DNA of 57,697 bases, counting the filler, from Jimgerdemannia flammicorona (taxonomy: Eukaryota), in assembly GCA_003990765.1 (NCBI GenBank). It is 3 parts of 3 records of this genome, joined end to end, with 100 filler letters (N's around TTAATTAATTAA, not from the genome) between each part and the next. Parts side by side here need not be neighbours in the genome. Positions count along the whole stretch, not along the records: positions 38,534 to 57,697 come from RBNJ01002010.1; 2 more parts are not named here. One strand, written 5' to 3'. The notes under the pieces are model-generated. The model was not told the origin of the DNA. It did no database searches and saw only the letters and a program-made list of their open reading frames with translations. Within the stretch, counting starts at the first letter, position 1. Each line of letters opens with the position of its first letter. A program made the position numbers and the translations under genes. Of this stretch, positions 38,534 through 50,436 are shown piece after piece.

Positions 38534-39089
38534 AGTCCAATATCTCTGTGCAAAGACCACTTTCTGATCAAGGGTCAGTGCAGCTGGGGTAGACCGGATT
38601 GCTAGGGCAATTTCAGGGTAAACTCCTTTGAGGAAGGTTGAATCTGCTATTTGTTCCTTGAGGCGGTCATTATAGCCAGCCAAGACAATCTGGTGGTAAA
38701 TTCGGGTATAGAATGAGTTGGGATCTTCACTAAGTCCCTGGCAGATAGTATTGAGTTGATCCTTGAGAGCTTGCTTGATCTCTTCGGTATAATATGTTGT
38801 TCTGAGAAAGGCCTTCATGTTGGCAAGTTTGGCTGCACCAGCATCAGCAATGGTGGCTGCATTGAACTTGTCTCTGGCAGGTCCTCTGAGGCTGACTGGT
38901 AGAAGGGCCAATTGGGCATCCACACCAAGGGCTCGTACGGCGGCAAATTGTTCAAAGTCTTCAATGAAGGTCAGGATTGACTCTTCAGTAGTATATCCAT
39001 AGAATGTGGGGGGGCGCATTTCCATCTTGTCTTGAATTCTTGCAGGGGTGACTCTTGTAGTCAGGGTAGTTGTTGTGGGGGTTGTTCAT
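38534..39089 (-). pseudogene. gag: Gypsy gag N-terminus, family A copy 2 (cut by the gap)
   Basis: PPTFYG...FIEDFE...LRGPAR...ICQGLSEDPNSFYTRI...FLKG retrotransposon gag motifs, directly downstream of LTR and PBS. Confidence 0.85.
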
Positions 39090-39145
39090 TTTTCAGCTTA
39101 AAAGTGAGGGATTTGTCTTGAATCACCAGCCAATGGGCATCAAGT

Positions 39146-40684
39146 TGTCACATAGTGGTCACTGAGTCCTTCAAATATGCCAGATTCTCTTCAAGGTGTA
39201 TCTCTTAGACTAACTTAAGTTATTATAAGCAAGTTCTTATTGGAGTGCCTTCCCAAGGTCTTATAGTCCTCAAACTTCTTATCTTTAACTGTCTTGTTAT
39301 CTCTTAGATTGCCTGCAAGGAAGTGTGTGTATTGTACTTGACTGAATGCACTGAATTGACTGACTTTATTTCAGAGGAAATAAGAGAGGTATTTATACAA
39401 AATATGATTCAATGATTGCTAAGATATAAAGCTAAATATAAATTCCAATAACTAAAACTACTGAGTTCCAGAGCTGGCATTATTTAGTACTACATCAAAA
39501 TACCAGTGCTGGAACAATTTCGCGTCACCTCAGAATACCGGTGCTGGCATTATCCAGTGTTACATGAGAATACCAGTGCTGACATTATCCAGTGTTACAA
39601 AGAACTTTAGAGCAGAAAGTTCAGGATCATGGGAGCTTCATCATCATCATCATCACTGAAGGAGATGAGGTCCACAAATTCGTCATGTAGGTCGCGCGTC
39701 TCACGTACTTCGTCATTTTCATGTGCCTCGATGTTGCGCGGGATGACGTCATCGATAACATCATCATGTTTGGGTGTGGCGGGAAAATCGGGAACAAGGT
39801 CTGGAGCTCTCCAATCTATGAGGTTCTCTTCCACAAAATAGGGGACAAATGTGGGGTCTTGGGGAGATCTAACTCGGATGCTTGGGCCTTAGAATACTGA
39901 GATCAATCCTTGCAAGAATTGGTCTGGGTTGTCCTGAAGGATGGGGTGCCAGAAGTCTTCTACTTCTTTACTGTTGAGGGTGATAGTGGACTGGGCTTCT
40001 GTAGCCACCCTGGCTTCTAGTGCATTGATGCAGCGAGATGACAGGTCTCTGAAATCTGAGACTCTCACATACTCCAAGTTGGGAATCGACCATGGTGCAT
40101 GCCTGAAGATCTGATGGATCTTCTTAGCTGTCCTCATTTCACGTATATCCATGGGAGTGGCATCTTGTAGCTCTTGGGTGCTGGCCTGTGGGAACTCCTG
40201 GCAGAGGAGGTTTCCTATTTCGTACTCCTGCCACATTTGGAGGCATTTGGTGGCGATGGTGATCCTTGTTTCCATTTCACAGTGGTAGAGGATGAAGTGA
40301 TAGGGGTCTGCAGTACCCAGGTGGATACTAGGAGTCCTTCTTGAGCAGGTCTCCATGGCTCTTCTGATGTCTTGAAACATCCTTTCCTTGACCGAGATAC
40401 CTTGATGATTCCTTGACCTTGAGGTTTGGCGGGCAGCAGGCATTTTGTTTGTGGTAAGTCTTTGAGCTATTTTGGGATTGGGGTTCTTATTGGTTGCTGC
40501 TACTGCAGTTCCTTGATCCTTCTTTTATATTCTTCAGAATGCTTGTGCTGTGGTCACAATGACTCACAGTTGGTCATTGTTGCTTATCTCGCATGCCATA
40601 TGATCTTCTTGTACTCTGATCTGGTGGCTTATAAAGAAAGGCTGTCTCCTATGCTGATGTCATCATTCTGGGGTCACTATTACA
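39146..40684 (-). repeat. 5' LTR of family A copy 2 (1539 bp)
   Basis: Element sense TGTAATAGTGACC...CACTATGTGACA, then ACT-TGATGCCCATTGGCTGG (decayed PBS). TATAAATACC at about 39388-39397. Confidence 0.92.
39607..40443 (-). CDS. LTR-encoded accessory protein, family A (184-aa ORF plus in-frame acidic tail; 278 aa if the single TAA at 39889 is read as CAA)
   Basis: ORFs 39889..40443 and 39607..39834 share a frame with one intervening stop. Homologs in five other LTR-type segments and two env-position sites in this window. Confidence 0.75.
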
Positions 40685-41536
40685 ATATAAAGATCACTAT
40701 AAGAAAGAGAAAATTATAGATAAGTATAGCTATATTATTAAAAAAGAATTCTCACTTAAAGAAGAACTCAAGAAGCTATTATATATATATAAATTTGAAA
40801 ATATATTTATTACTAATTTTAAAGATATTAAGAAAAATATACTATAATATTATTATAATATTAATATAAAAGACACTAAGCTAATATATTAGAAAATAAG
40901 ACTAATTTTACCAGTATAATATATATATAAATAACTTAGATAAGAGATTAAGTAAATAAAAAAAAACTAGTATTATTAAGAAGTTATTAGTTCTTTATTC
41001 TTACTAATTATACTAGTCTCAAAAAAAGAAAATAAATCAAGAGAATTTACTTTAAAACTTTGTACTAACTATAAAAGACTTAACAAAGTTATTAAGAAAA
41101 ACTATACTCTATATAAAATATTGACTATTTTGTCTCTCATCATTAGTGAGAATAATATATTATTAAAGTCAACTACTATACATATACTTCTATTTCATAT
41201 AGACTAGAAATAATTATTTTAAGGATATTTGATTTAATTTCTTATTATATTTCCTACTCTCTATTTTGAACTATTAGTATAGCTTACTGAATATCTTCCA
41301 TCATCTCTAATAGTATCAAAACAGCAGTCTCTACTATTTTTTATTAAAGAACTATAATTGTCTTAAGTTCAAGAGAATATATATAATAAATTGGTTAAAT
41401 ATAGTAGTACTCATAATCTTAAGTAATAGTATAAGTCAAGTATAGCTTATATCTATAGGTTCTTAGCTATTTATATTTTCTATAGACACTATATATAATT
41501 TTACCCTACTATATAGTAGAATTTCTATATTGATAT
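40685..41536. mobile_element. AT-rich, heavily mutated TE relic (includes a plus-strand Gypsy RT fragment); the target continues at 51755-53118
   Basis: LVLKKENKSREFTLKLCTNYKRLN-like at about 41010-41100, i.e. decayed KKxxxSGxFxPRLCIDYRKLN. The rest is not identifiable. Confidence 0.5.
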
Positions 41537-42870
41537 TGTGACAAACCAAGACATATCCAAATTATATCTTAGCCAGATAATATGAATACACAGTATAGTA
41601 ACCAGCAACCATTACTATGGAAACTATATAAATAGCCAAACTATCAGATAAGATATATCTATATAGGACCTGTATACCTGTATCAGATCTACACACTTGT
41701 ACTGGACCTGCATAACTTACCATAAGTAGCAAATCTATAGTTAGCCACATAGCAACCAGATAGCAACCAACTTGTATAAATTACCCCAGAGACAAGAGTG
41801 AATAAACCTCAGTCTGAAATTGAAGCAAAAGACAAGTCTGCCTACTATACTTCAAGAGGAACTCTATAGCTACTGCTAAGAGATTGTGAGCTTATTTCCC
41901 TACTCCAGTCTACTTTCTAATACAAAGTTTGAAGATTTTGCTGCTAAGTTCGAGTGAAGAGCTTTGCTGTCTTTGGAATTATTGATACACTTATCAGACT
42001 AAGCCTGAAGAACCTGCCACTTAAGGAATAAGCCACACTATTGGTATACTTGCCAGACTAAGCCTGAAGAATCTGAGTTTGCTACCAAGTTCAAGGAGAA
42101 CTTCACTGCCATTTCTAAGATATTTGTTGCATTTCCAGAGAGCCTGTCTTTTTTGCCACAAGCCAGTCTCTTGATATAACTTTGTAGTAATCTGTTCATA
42201 TAAATGAAGCTAGTCTAGATATAACTTGCTAAGAATCCAAGTTAATTCCCAGTTGAAGCTGCTGATTCAGGAAGAATCTATACCATCATATTTCCAGAAG
42301 AGCTCAATTTAGAAAGAGTCCATGCCATCTGAGTAGTATTCCTAGTTGAAGCCACCATTTACAAGAAGTCTACCAATTCAGGAAGAATCTACAATATCTG
42401 AGTTATTCATTGTTCTCAGTGAGCCTGATTTGGAGAATCTGCTGCCAGTACAATTCTCAGTAAGAAGATCATTGCACTATATAAAGATTGATATACTAAG
42501 ACTATTACTCAGAAATTGCATACTTTTAGAGATCGCTATCACCTAAGAAGAAAAACTACTAAATTGTCAGACTATCATATATAAGAAAGATCATTGTACT
42601 ATATATGAAATTCTACCAATTCCCAGATTGACCCAAGAAGGAAACCCATTCACACAAATCATCACTATACCCAGAGAACCATTCTAATTAGGAAATTGAT
42701 ATATAAATTGCTTACAGATATCAAGCTTTAACTATTATACTACTAAATACCAAGGACCTCAGGAATCTTAGAACATTTTGTTACTTTTTGACAAAGTAAC
42801 TGGGAGCTCAAGTCAAACTACATCAACCTCCAACCTTGTAATTTGCCTCTATTGAGCTGGACATATTACA
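41537..42870 (+). repeat. 5' LTR, family D (1334 bp)
   Basis: TG...CA; direct repeat of 50437-51750. Confidence 0.95.
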
Positions 42871-42872
42871 TT

Positions 42873-42889
42873 TGGGGGCTCAACTGAGA
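42873..42889 (+). promoter_or_regulatory. Primer-binding site, probably tRNA-Pro
   Basis: TGGGGGCTCAACTGAGA resembles the tRNA-Pro PBS TGGGGGCTCGTCCGGGA after CpG-type decay. Confidence 0.7.
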
Positions 42890-43428
42890 AGATTTTAAAA
42901 TTGATATGACTTTTCAGCTCATAAGAACTCATAGTCAAACTAGATATATTTGATATAACACCAATCTCTGCCACTATAGGAGAACCAGTTATTACTAGTA
43001 TCTGGACAGAAAGAGAAGTAATCACCTCAAGACTTGCCAATTATCCAGCATCAGAAGGATCCCAACCAGAACTAGAAGGCAGCACAGCCCAAAATCCCCA
43101 ATCAGATCAACTAGACAATATAGGTGGCTCTGTTGGAGATTTTGAAGAACTTGCACAAGAACTAGAAGATCTTATTATACAAGCCTAAAATCTTACAGTC
43201 AGACACTCCATACTAGTCCCATCAATCTCACCAATAGAACCTTTATCACAACTTCTTGTAGAGTTAGAAGTAGCTCCTATAAGAATACCTAAGCTTATTC
43301 CACTTTGTCCAAGATCCAGAACACCATCCTCAAGATACCCAAGCACCCCCATTTCTAGTAATAGTTCAGAAAGTGAATCAGAATCAGAATCTGGACCAGA
43401 ACCAGAATCAAAAGAAAGTGATGACAAA

Positions 43429-44700
43429 ATGGCCACCTCATTGCCAATATTTGCAAGATATCCAGAGGAAGACCCCAGAGAATTCCTTGATGGAATCAAA
43501 GGAATTGCAGCCCTGAAAAATCTCCCAGATAAAAGAAAAATTGCTATCTATAAGGCCCAGCTCAGAGAACCAGCCAGAGGAATTTTCCACTAGACAGCAG
43601 ATAACCCAGATTCAGAACTGGCAAGACAGATACAAGCAGTAATGTCTTATAAGCTAGAATACATGGCCATGGTCTACTGGCTCATTGAAAAGTATGCAGG
43701 AAATGAAACCCACCATAAGGCTCAAGAATCTATTGTAGAGATGAAGATGAATCTTAGAGAATCACCCAGAGCCTTTTTTACAAGAATCTAGAAGAGAATA
43801 CATACTGCCGGATTCAATGCCACCAACTAGGACATCATAGGTCCAATGACCTTCATGAATGAAATTCCCCTGAACATTGCTCAGTATGTTCGCACTCTAG
43901 ATATCAGAAGGTCTGAAGAGCAAGTAGATGTAGCCCAAGAATTCTTTGATATTAGACAAGAAACTACCTGGAGTGATCATAATAAGAAAGAAGATAAAGA
44001 AGACATCCTGGTCAAAGCCCTATAAGGACTCCTTCAAGGATAAGAAAGATCTAAAGAAAGAAGGCCAGCAAAAGAAGGAAAGAAGAACAGAAGTAAAATC
44101 TAAGACCTCAGCTCCAAGTTGGACCAATTGGTTGGATAGATTGAAAAACTCACCATATGTAAAAATCAGAGCTACCAAGACAACAGAGGATACCCACCAT
44201 AGAGGAGCCAAGGTTATCCACCAAGAGATAACAGGAACTACCAGTAAGAAGAAAGAAGATACCCTGTCCAAGACAGAGCCCAAGTCCAATGCTTTTACTG
44301 TGGATAATTCAGATACTATGCCACTGAATGTGACAACAAAAGAAGTGACCAAAGGGACCCAGAACCATCAAACCAAAGAAGTGACACTCAGTATAAGAAG
44401 ACAGAAGCCCACCCTATTGAAGACTTTGAGGAGACAAGTAATAGTGAAGACTATAGTAATCTAAACTTGTACCCTACCAAGGTCACCAGCCAGAAAACAG
44501 TCTACCCAGCAGAGAAAAGGAAGAGATCTGTAGAAAGACCATCCAGGAACATCAGCAGAAGAATCATCCAAGAAGAAGACAAAGAACATGAGAAGGAACA
44601 AGTAGAAACACCTCCTCGGACTCCTTCACCTTTTGTCCCTAAGACAAATGAGCTGCTATCAGAAGATGAAGAAATGGAATAAGAAGAACAGGAATCTGCC
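43429..44700 (+). pseudogene. gag: gag, family D
   Basis: MATSLPIFARYPEEDPREFL...QLREPAR; CCHC knuckle relic QCFYCG*FRYYATEC at about 44287-44331. Confidence 0.8.
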
Positions 44701-44929
44701 ACTCCAAAGCCCAAGAAGAAGTATACCCTAAAGACCATGCCCAGAGACATCTACAATAAAGCCTGGCAGAAGATTCAGGAAGTAAAAATAGAGATTCCCC
44801 TTCTGCAGTTCCTGCAACTGACACCCAGAGTCTGAAACAAATTGCTGAGAACCACCAGGTCTAGCACTGGCCAAGTTCTAATCCCACAGCAAGAACCAGT
44901 TTCCATCTCTGTCCAAGCAGCTGAGAAAT

Positions 44930-45300
44930 ATGTCAGTACTTACCTATATAGAGATATTAGAGGACAAAAGGCAAAGATCCTCATAGATACAGGAGCAGCT
45001 GTCTGTGTCATTGCTAAATGGTTTCTGGATACTCTCCAATGGCCTGTTGATGGACCATCCAACCTTAGCATCATAGTAGCAGATGGAGCCCAAACCCAAC
45101 CCCTTGGAGAAGTATGAAATATCACCATCTCTCTTGGATACATTTAGTTCTCTATTTTGAAAGCTATTGTCACCAAAGCTGTCACCTATAACATGATTCT
45201 TGGCACCAACTGGATGAAAGAAATGAATGCAGTTATTGATATTAGTCAACAAGTACTCAAGTTTGACTACTGAGACAAGAAGTACAGAGTTAAGGTAACC
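44930..45300 (+). pseudogene. Aspartic protease, family D
   Basis: KILIDTGAAVCVI...VADG...PLGEV...YNMILGTNWM. Confidence 0.9.
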
Positions 45301-46599
45301 AGCTATGAGCAATCAAAGAAAAAGAAGAAGATCACTATTCAAGAAGAATATGTCAGTAGTGAAGAGTTTACCACTAAGGAGAAAGAAGAATCTGAAGATG
45401 AAAATGATTGCAGACTCAATCCCCAAATTAATCTGATAAATGATAGACCAGAAGACAATGTGTGGGCCAAGAACACTATCTCTATCACTATTGGAACTAT
45501 TGCAAGAGAAATCAAAGAATGCTCTATCTGTCTCAAGAGATACAAGTGTCCTAAGCATTCCTCCAAGATCATGGAAACAAGGAAATCATCTGGTACAGCC
45601 TGTCCAGAGTGCAGAAGGAAGAAGAAGAAATGCAGATATGTTTCAGAAATACCTGCAACTGAAGCTGCAGAAGTATAAGCAATTTGGAGTCAAGAATCAT
45701 CCAAGGAAGAAAAAACTTCTGACCAAGAAGTTCCTGAACAAGAGGTACCTGAAGAAGAAGAGGTCCCTGAACTCATTCTCTGAGATAACTCTTGCTGGAC
45801 ACCACCTAAAGACAATGACCCTTGGAATACAGAAGAAAGATCTAGTATAATCACCATTATCCCTAAGAAAGAAACTCACTAAGAAAAGGCTTTTTGGCTA
45901 GGAAGATATCTACACCAAATGGTCTTCTACTCTCCCTGAGACTACTGCTACCAGTGCCATTTACTAGACCAACAGGAGAGATAGAGACCCCAGAGACCAG
46001 AACTCCCAAATACAATTGCACAATCAACTATCTTCCAAGAAATTACCACCAAGTTACAAAGCTGATTTAGGGGACAAGACCTCTTCACCTGGACAGAAGT
46101 ATATCCCTTGTCTACTCTTCCACCCACTTATGACCAAGATGGATACTGATTCCCAAAACAACAAGAGATCAACAACTGAGAATATCATTTTTGAGCAATG
46201 GGATATTGTAATCATAGAAGATACTCTGACTGCCAAGACTGTAGACATCAGAAGATTCACCTCAGTCATGATGTTGTAATCCATACTTTGAAGAGAGGAG
46301 ACAACAGAGGCCAGATCCAAAAGAGCTGAGCCAAGAAGCCAGGAAGGAGAATTCTCAAGATCTATGATTTGGGAGAAGATATCCTAGCTCTCATCAGACA
46401 TGCAACCTGCCAAGAATGGGCAGAAGATGCCACAAACTTCATAGAAGCCCTAGACCCTATAGGAAGAAGAGGAATCAACTATTTCTGAGACCCCTCCACT
46501 GGAGCCAGATGGCCACACCTCAACCTCAGAGCTTAGAGACTCTCTGCTAGTGGGGCTTCAGTCTTAGGAAAGCCTGAACTTAGTAAGAATATTGCCCAG

Positions 46600-47000
46600 T
46601 ACATCCTACTGCATCCCAAGGCCAAACCTCTGACCAAAGCCCACTCAGAAGATATAGGGTATGATCTTCACAGTCTGGAGGATGAATCTATCAAATCTGG
46701 AAAAATCTTCATAATCAGAACTGGATTAGCCATGCAGCCACCTCAAGGAGCTTACATCCAACTAACCTCAAGATCTGGACTTGCCAGACAAGGAATAACT
46801 ATAGAAGGTGGAACCATTGACCCAGAATATACAGGCAAAATCAAGGTTATCCTACACAACAGCAGTGCAGAATAGCACTGAATCATTAGAGGACAGAAGA
46901 TTGCCCAAGTAGTCTTCATGAAGGTCAGGACCCTGTAATTACAGAAAGTATCTGAACTGACTAAAGGAATAAGACAAGTCAAAGAATTTGAAAGTTCAGA
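46600..47000 (+). pseudogene. dut: dUTPase domain, family D
   Basis: EDIGYDL (motif 1), SRSGLA (2), GGTIDPEYTGKI (3), GQKIAQ (4), RQVKEFESS as decayed RGxxGFGSS (5). Confidence 0.9.
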
Positions 47001-47539
47001 TAAGAAGGAAGTATATCTTCTTCAAGTTAATTACCTCAAAAGGAATATTCCCCAGCAAGCATATTAGCAACCAGTCAGACTATATAAGAATCTTATCCTG
47101 GAGCCTGGAGAACAAACTACTTTCGAAATCTTTGTACCACCTGACCTCAGAAATCTTTTCTTTGAACCCAAGGAAGATATCCCACACCTGGATATAGAAG
47201 GACACACTTTTCCTGACAAGATGAACCCAGTATACTTCTGAGCAACCAACCAAAGTTGGGAGACTATCATCTTGTCAAAAGGAACTATCATAGGACATCT
47301 GGTGCCTTTTCTCAACTGAACTCATAGGGAAGTTTATGAACTAAACCTATTGGGAAATGGCCAAAGATCTCAGAAGAAAGGAAAGACCCCTCTGCAACCC
47401 AGGAGACAGTAAAGCCTTCCACTAACATTGGAGAAGAATTGATACCCCAACAATAGCAACAACTAGTAGAACTTCTCAACAAATATCAAGATATCTTTAC
47501 TACCAATTATGGCAACCTGCTATACAATCCATCATATCA

Positions 47540-49880
47540 CCACAACATAAATACAGGAAATACAACACTCATTCAGCAGAAACCCTATAGAATACCCCAT
47601 TACTTGAAAACATTTGAAAAGAAGCACATTCAAGAACTCTTAGACAATGGAGTCATCTGACCCTCTACCAGCCCCTGGGCCAGCCCTATACTTATCATAC
47701 TAAAGAAAAGAGGATGTAGACTCTGTGTGGATTACAGAAAACTCAATTCAGTCACCAAAAAGGATACCTATCCTTTGCTCAGAATTGATGACCTTTTGGA
47801 TCAGTTATAAGATACCAGATACTTCAGCAGTATGAATCTCTTCACAGGATTCCATGAGATCCCCATGGACCCCAAAGACATTCAAAAGACAGCCTTTCTT
47901 GCTCTAGAAAAACTGTTCAAATATCTCTGAATGCTGTTTGGACTTTACAATGTACCCCCCACCTTCCAGAGGATGATGAATTCAGTCTATGCCCCCTTGA
48001 TCTACCACTGTCTAATTGTATATATGGATGATTCCAATATCTATTCAGCAAACTTTGAAGAACACCTGCACCACCTAGAGAAATTCTTCAAACTCACCTA
48101 TAAGAATTACTTGAGATTGAATGCAAAGAAATGCTACTTTGGGAAACAGAAACTTGAATTTCTTAGATTCATAGTTTTGAAAGAAGGAATCCATACAGAC
48201 CCAAAGAAAATCAAGAAGATCAACAATTGGCCAGTACCCAAGACCCTGAAGGAAATACTATCATTCCTGATGCTAGTATCCTACTACAGAAGGTTTATCA
48301 AGGACTTTGCCCAAATTGCTACCTCAATCTAAATCCTTCTCAAGAAAGAAGTACCATTCAAATAGACAGAATCACAAGAAAAAACCTTCAAAGAACTCAA
48401 AAACTATATGACTACAGTATTAATCCTTATGCACCCCAATCTACAGAAGCCATTCATCTTATATATAGATGTTTCTAAAGATGACTTCAGAGCAGTTCTA
48501 GCCCAAGAAGGACCTGATCAACAGTACCATATAATAGCTTATGCAAGCAGAGCTATCAATCAGCAGCAGATGAACTATGGTAGCACCAAACTGGAATGTC
48601 TTGCAGTCATATAGACAATCACCCTGTTCAAGCATTATCTTATTAGAAAAAGGTTCACTCTGATCACAGACTATACAGCTCTCAAATAGCTATTCAACTA
48701 TAAGGAACTTACTGGAATCCTAGCCCACTGGATTCTTATCCTTCAGGATTACAAAATCACCATTATCCACAAAGTAGGGAAAGCTCACAACAATGTTGAT
48801 ATACTTTCCCACCAGCCCTAATGAATCAGAAGAAGGGTGTCCCAAGGAACTACACCCTAAAGGAAGCTCCTCAGACCATCAAGGTGCAAAAAGATCTTAT
48901 CTGAGAAGAACATCAGAAAGCCCATCAAGGACAGGCAAATATAGAAGAGAAGCTACAAACAATATACCAACATTGGTCCAACATCAGAACATAAGTCTGA
49001 GACATACTCAAGAAATGTGACATCTGCCAGAAGTACCAAGGAAAGAAGAACTATCAAGCACCATTGCAATCAATTGTACTATCAGATAACATCCTTCAGA
49101 AATGGAGAATAGATGTAATTGGACCTCTACCAGTTACACTAAGAAGAAACAAATATTCTTATATTTGTAGAACATCTGACCAAGTGGCCTGAAGCTTTTC
49201 TAATAGAAATTACAGATGCTCTAACCATTGTAGGCCTTCTCCATAAGCTCACACTCAGATATAGACCCTCAGAAGAACTCATCTCTGACTGAGACACAGA
49301 ATTCATCAACAATATAATCACAAGTTATGTCCGAATTCACAAGATCCACATCAAATGAACCACATCATATTACTCTCAGACCAATGGCATGACAGAGAGA
49401 ATGAACTAGACCATCAAAAAAGGACTTGTCTAAGTTGATCCTACCAATTGAGACCTCTGCTTACCCAAGATCCTATGGGAAATTCAGAATACTCCTGCTG
49501 CCTCTACTAAGCAAAAGCCATTCAAAATGATATTTACTAAGAAAACCAGAACTGCTGACCATGAGAATCTTGGAGACCTCCTCAAGAAGGCAGAACAGTT
49601 ATGTAATCAAGCCCAAGGTCAGATTATCAAAGCCTAAGAAAGACAAAAGAAGTACTATAACCAAAAACAGAAGGATTAGAAGATCAAGATTGGAGATCAA
49701 GTACTAGTTTGGAGAAGCATGATTGAAATGAATTTTGCCACCAAACTGGAACCCAAATAAGAAGGACCTTATCTTGTACACAGTATCAGAGGAACTAGTA
49801 TTTATTTAAGAAGCATGGATGGATGAACCCTCAGAACACCAGTACACATCAATCACCTCAAAATATACCTTTCCCCACAT
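47540..49880 (+). pseudogene. pol: RT, RNase H and integrase, family D (disrupted)
   Basis: [62 protein letters not shown]. Confidence 0.92.
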
Positions 49881-49881
49881 C

Positions 49882-50397
49882 ATGAACCAGAGAATTGACA
49901 ACTGCCTTCAAACTCTTATCCTCAGCTCATTTCAATCACTGCCAGTTCCCCTATCCCAATTTCGAGAAGTTAATGGAAACACTTTCCAGAAGATCCAGAT
50001 TCATCAAGAGAATCTTGTACTGACCAGATGATTGCTACAGATCCACCAACTCTAGACCCATTATGCAATCAGAGAACAATTGCAGAACCTCTCAGTCCCA
50101 GAATAAATATATATCAGAAATACCACAGAACTATTAAGGAGAGATACTACTGCTGCAGACAGGTTGTACATCCTTTATAAGCAAAACCCTACAGCACTGA
50201 TACAAGTACAATTCTCCTGATATAATACACAAGGAATGAACTTAGCCATCTACCTGAGCATCATCAATGCTGTTGAAGTTCTATTTCCAGAAGAAGAAGA
50301 AGAACCCTTGGAATGGAGCAACCATAGTACAGATGATGAAGATGATGGAATAAGTATTGATGCAGAAGATGCTTACCCACATTGAGATGATGACTAA
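49882..50397 (+). pseudogene. Accessory ORF at the env position, family D (homolog of the LTR ORFs)
   Basis: MNQRIDNCLQTLI...QL*THYAIREQL...TAADRLYILL*AKPY...NELSHL, then an acidic tail EEEEEPLEW...DDEDDG ending about 40 bp before the 3' LTR. Confidence 0.6.
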
Positions 50398-50436
50398 AGA
50401 ACAGTCTGAGGACATATCATCTTTAGTAAGGGCTGA

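Noticed and set aside
49882..50397. Calling the env-position ORF a true envelope gene
   Set aside because: No signal peptide, furin site or transmembrane segment is visible.
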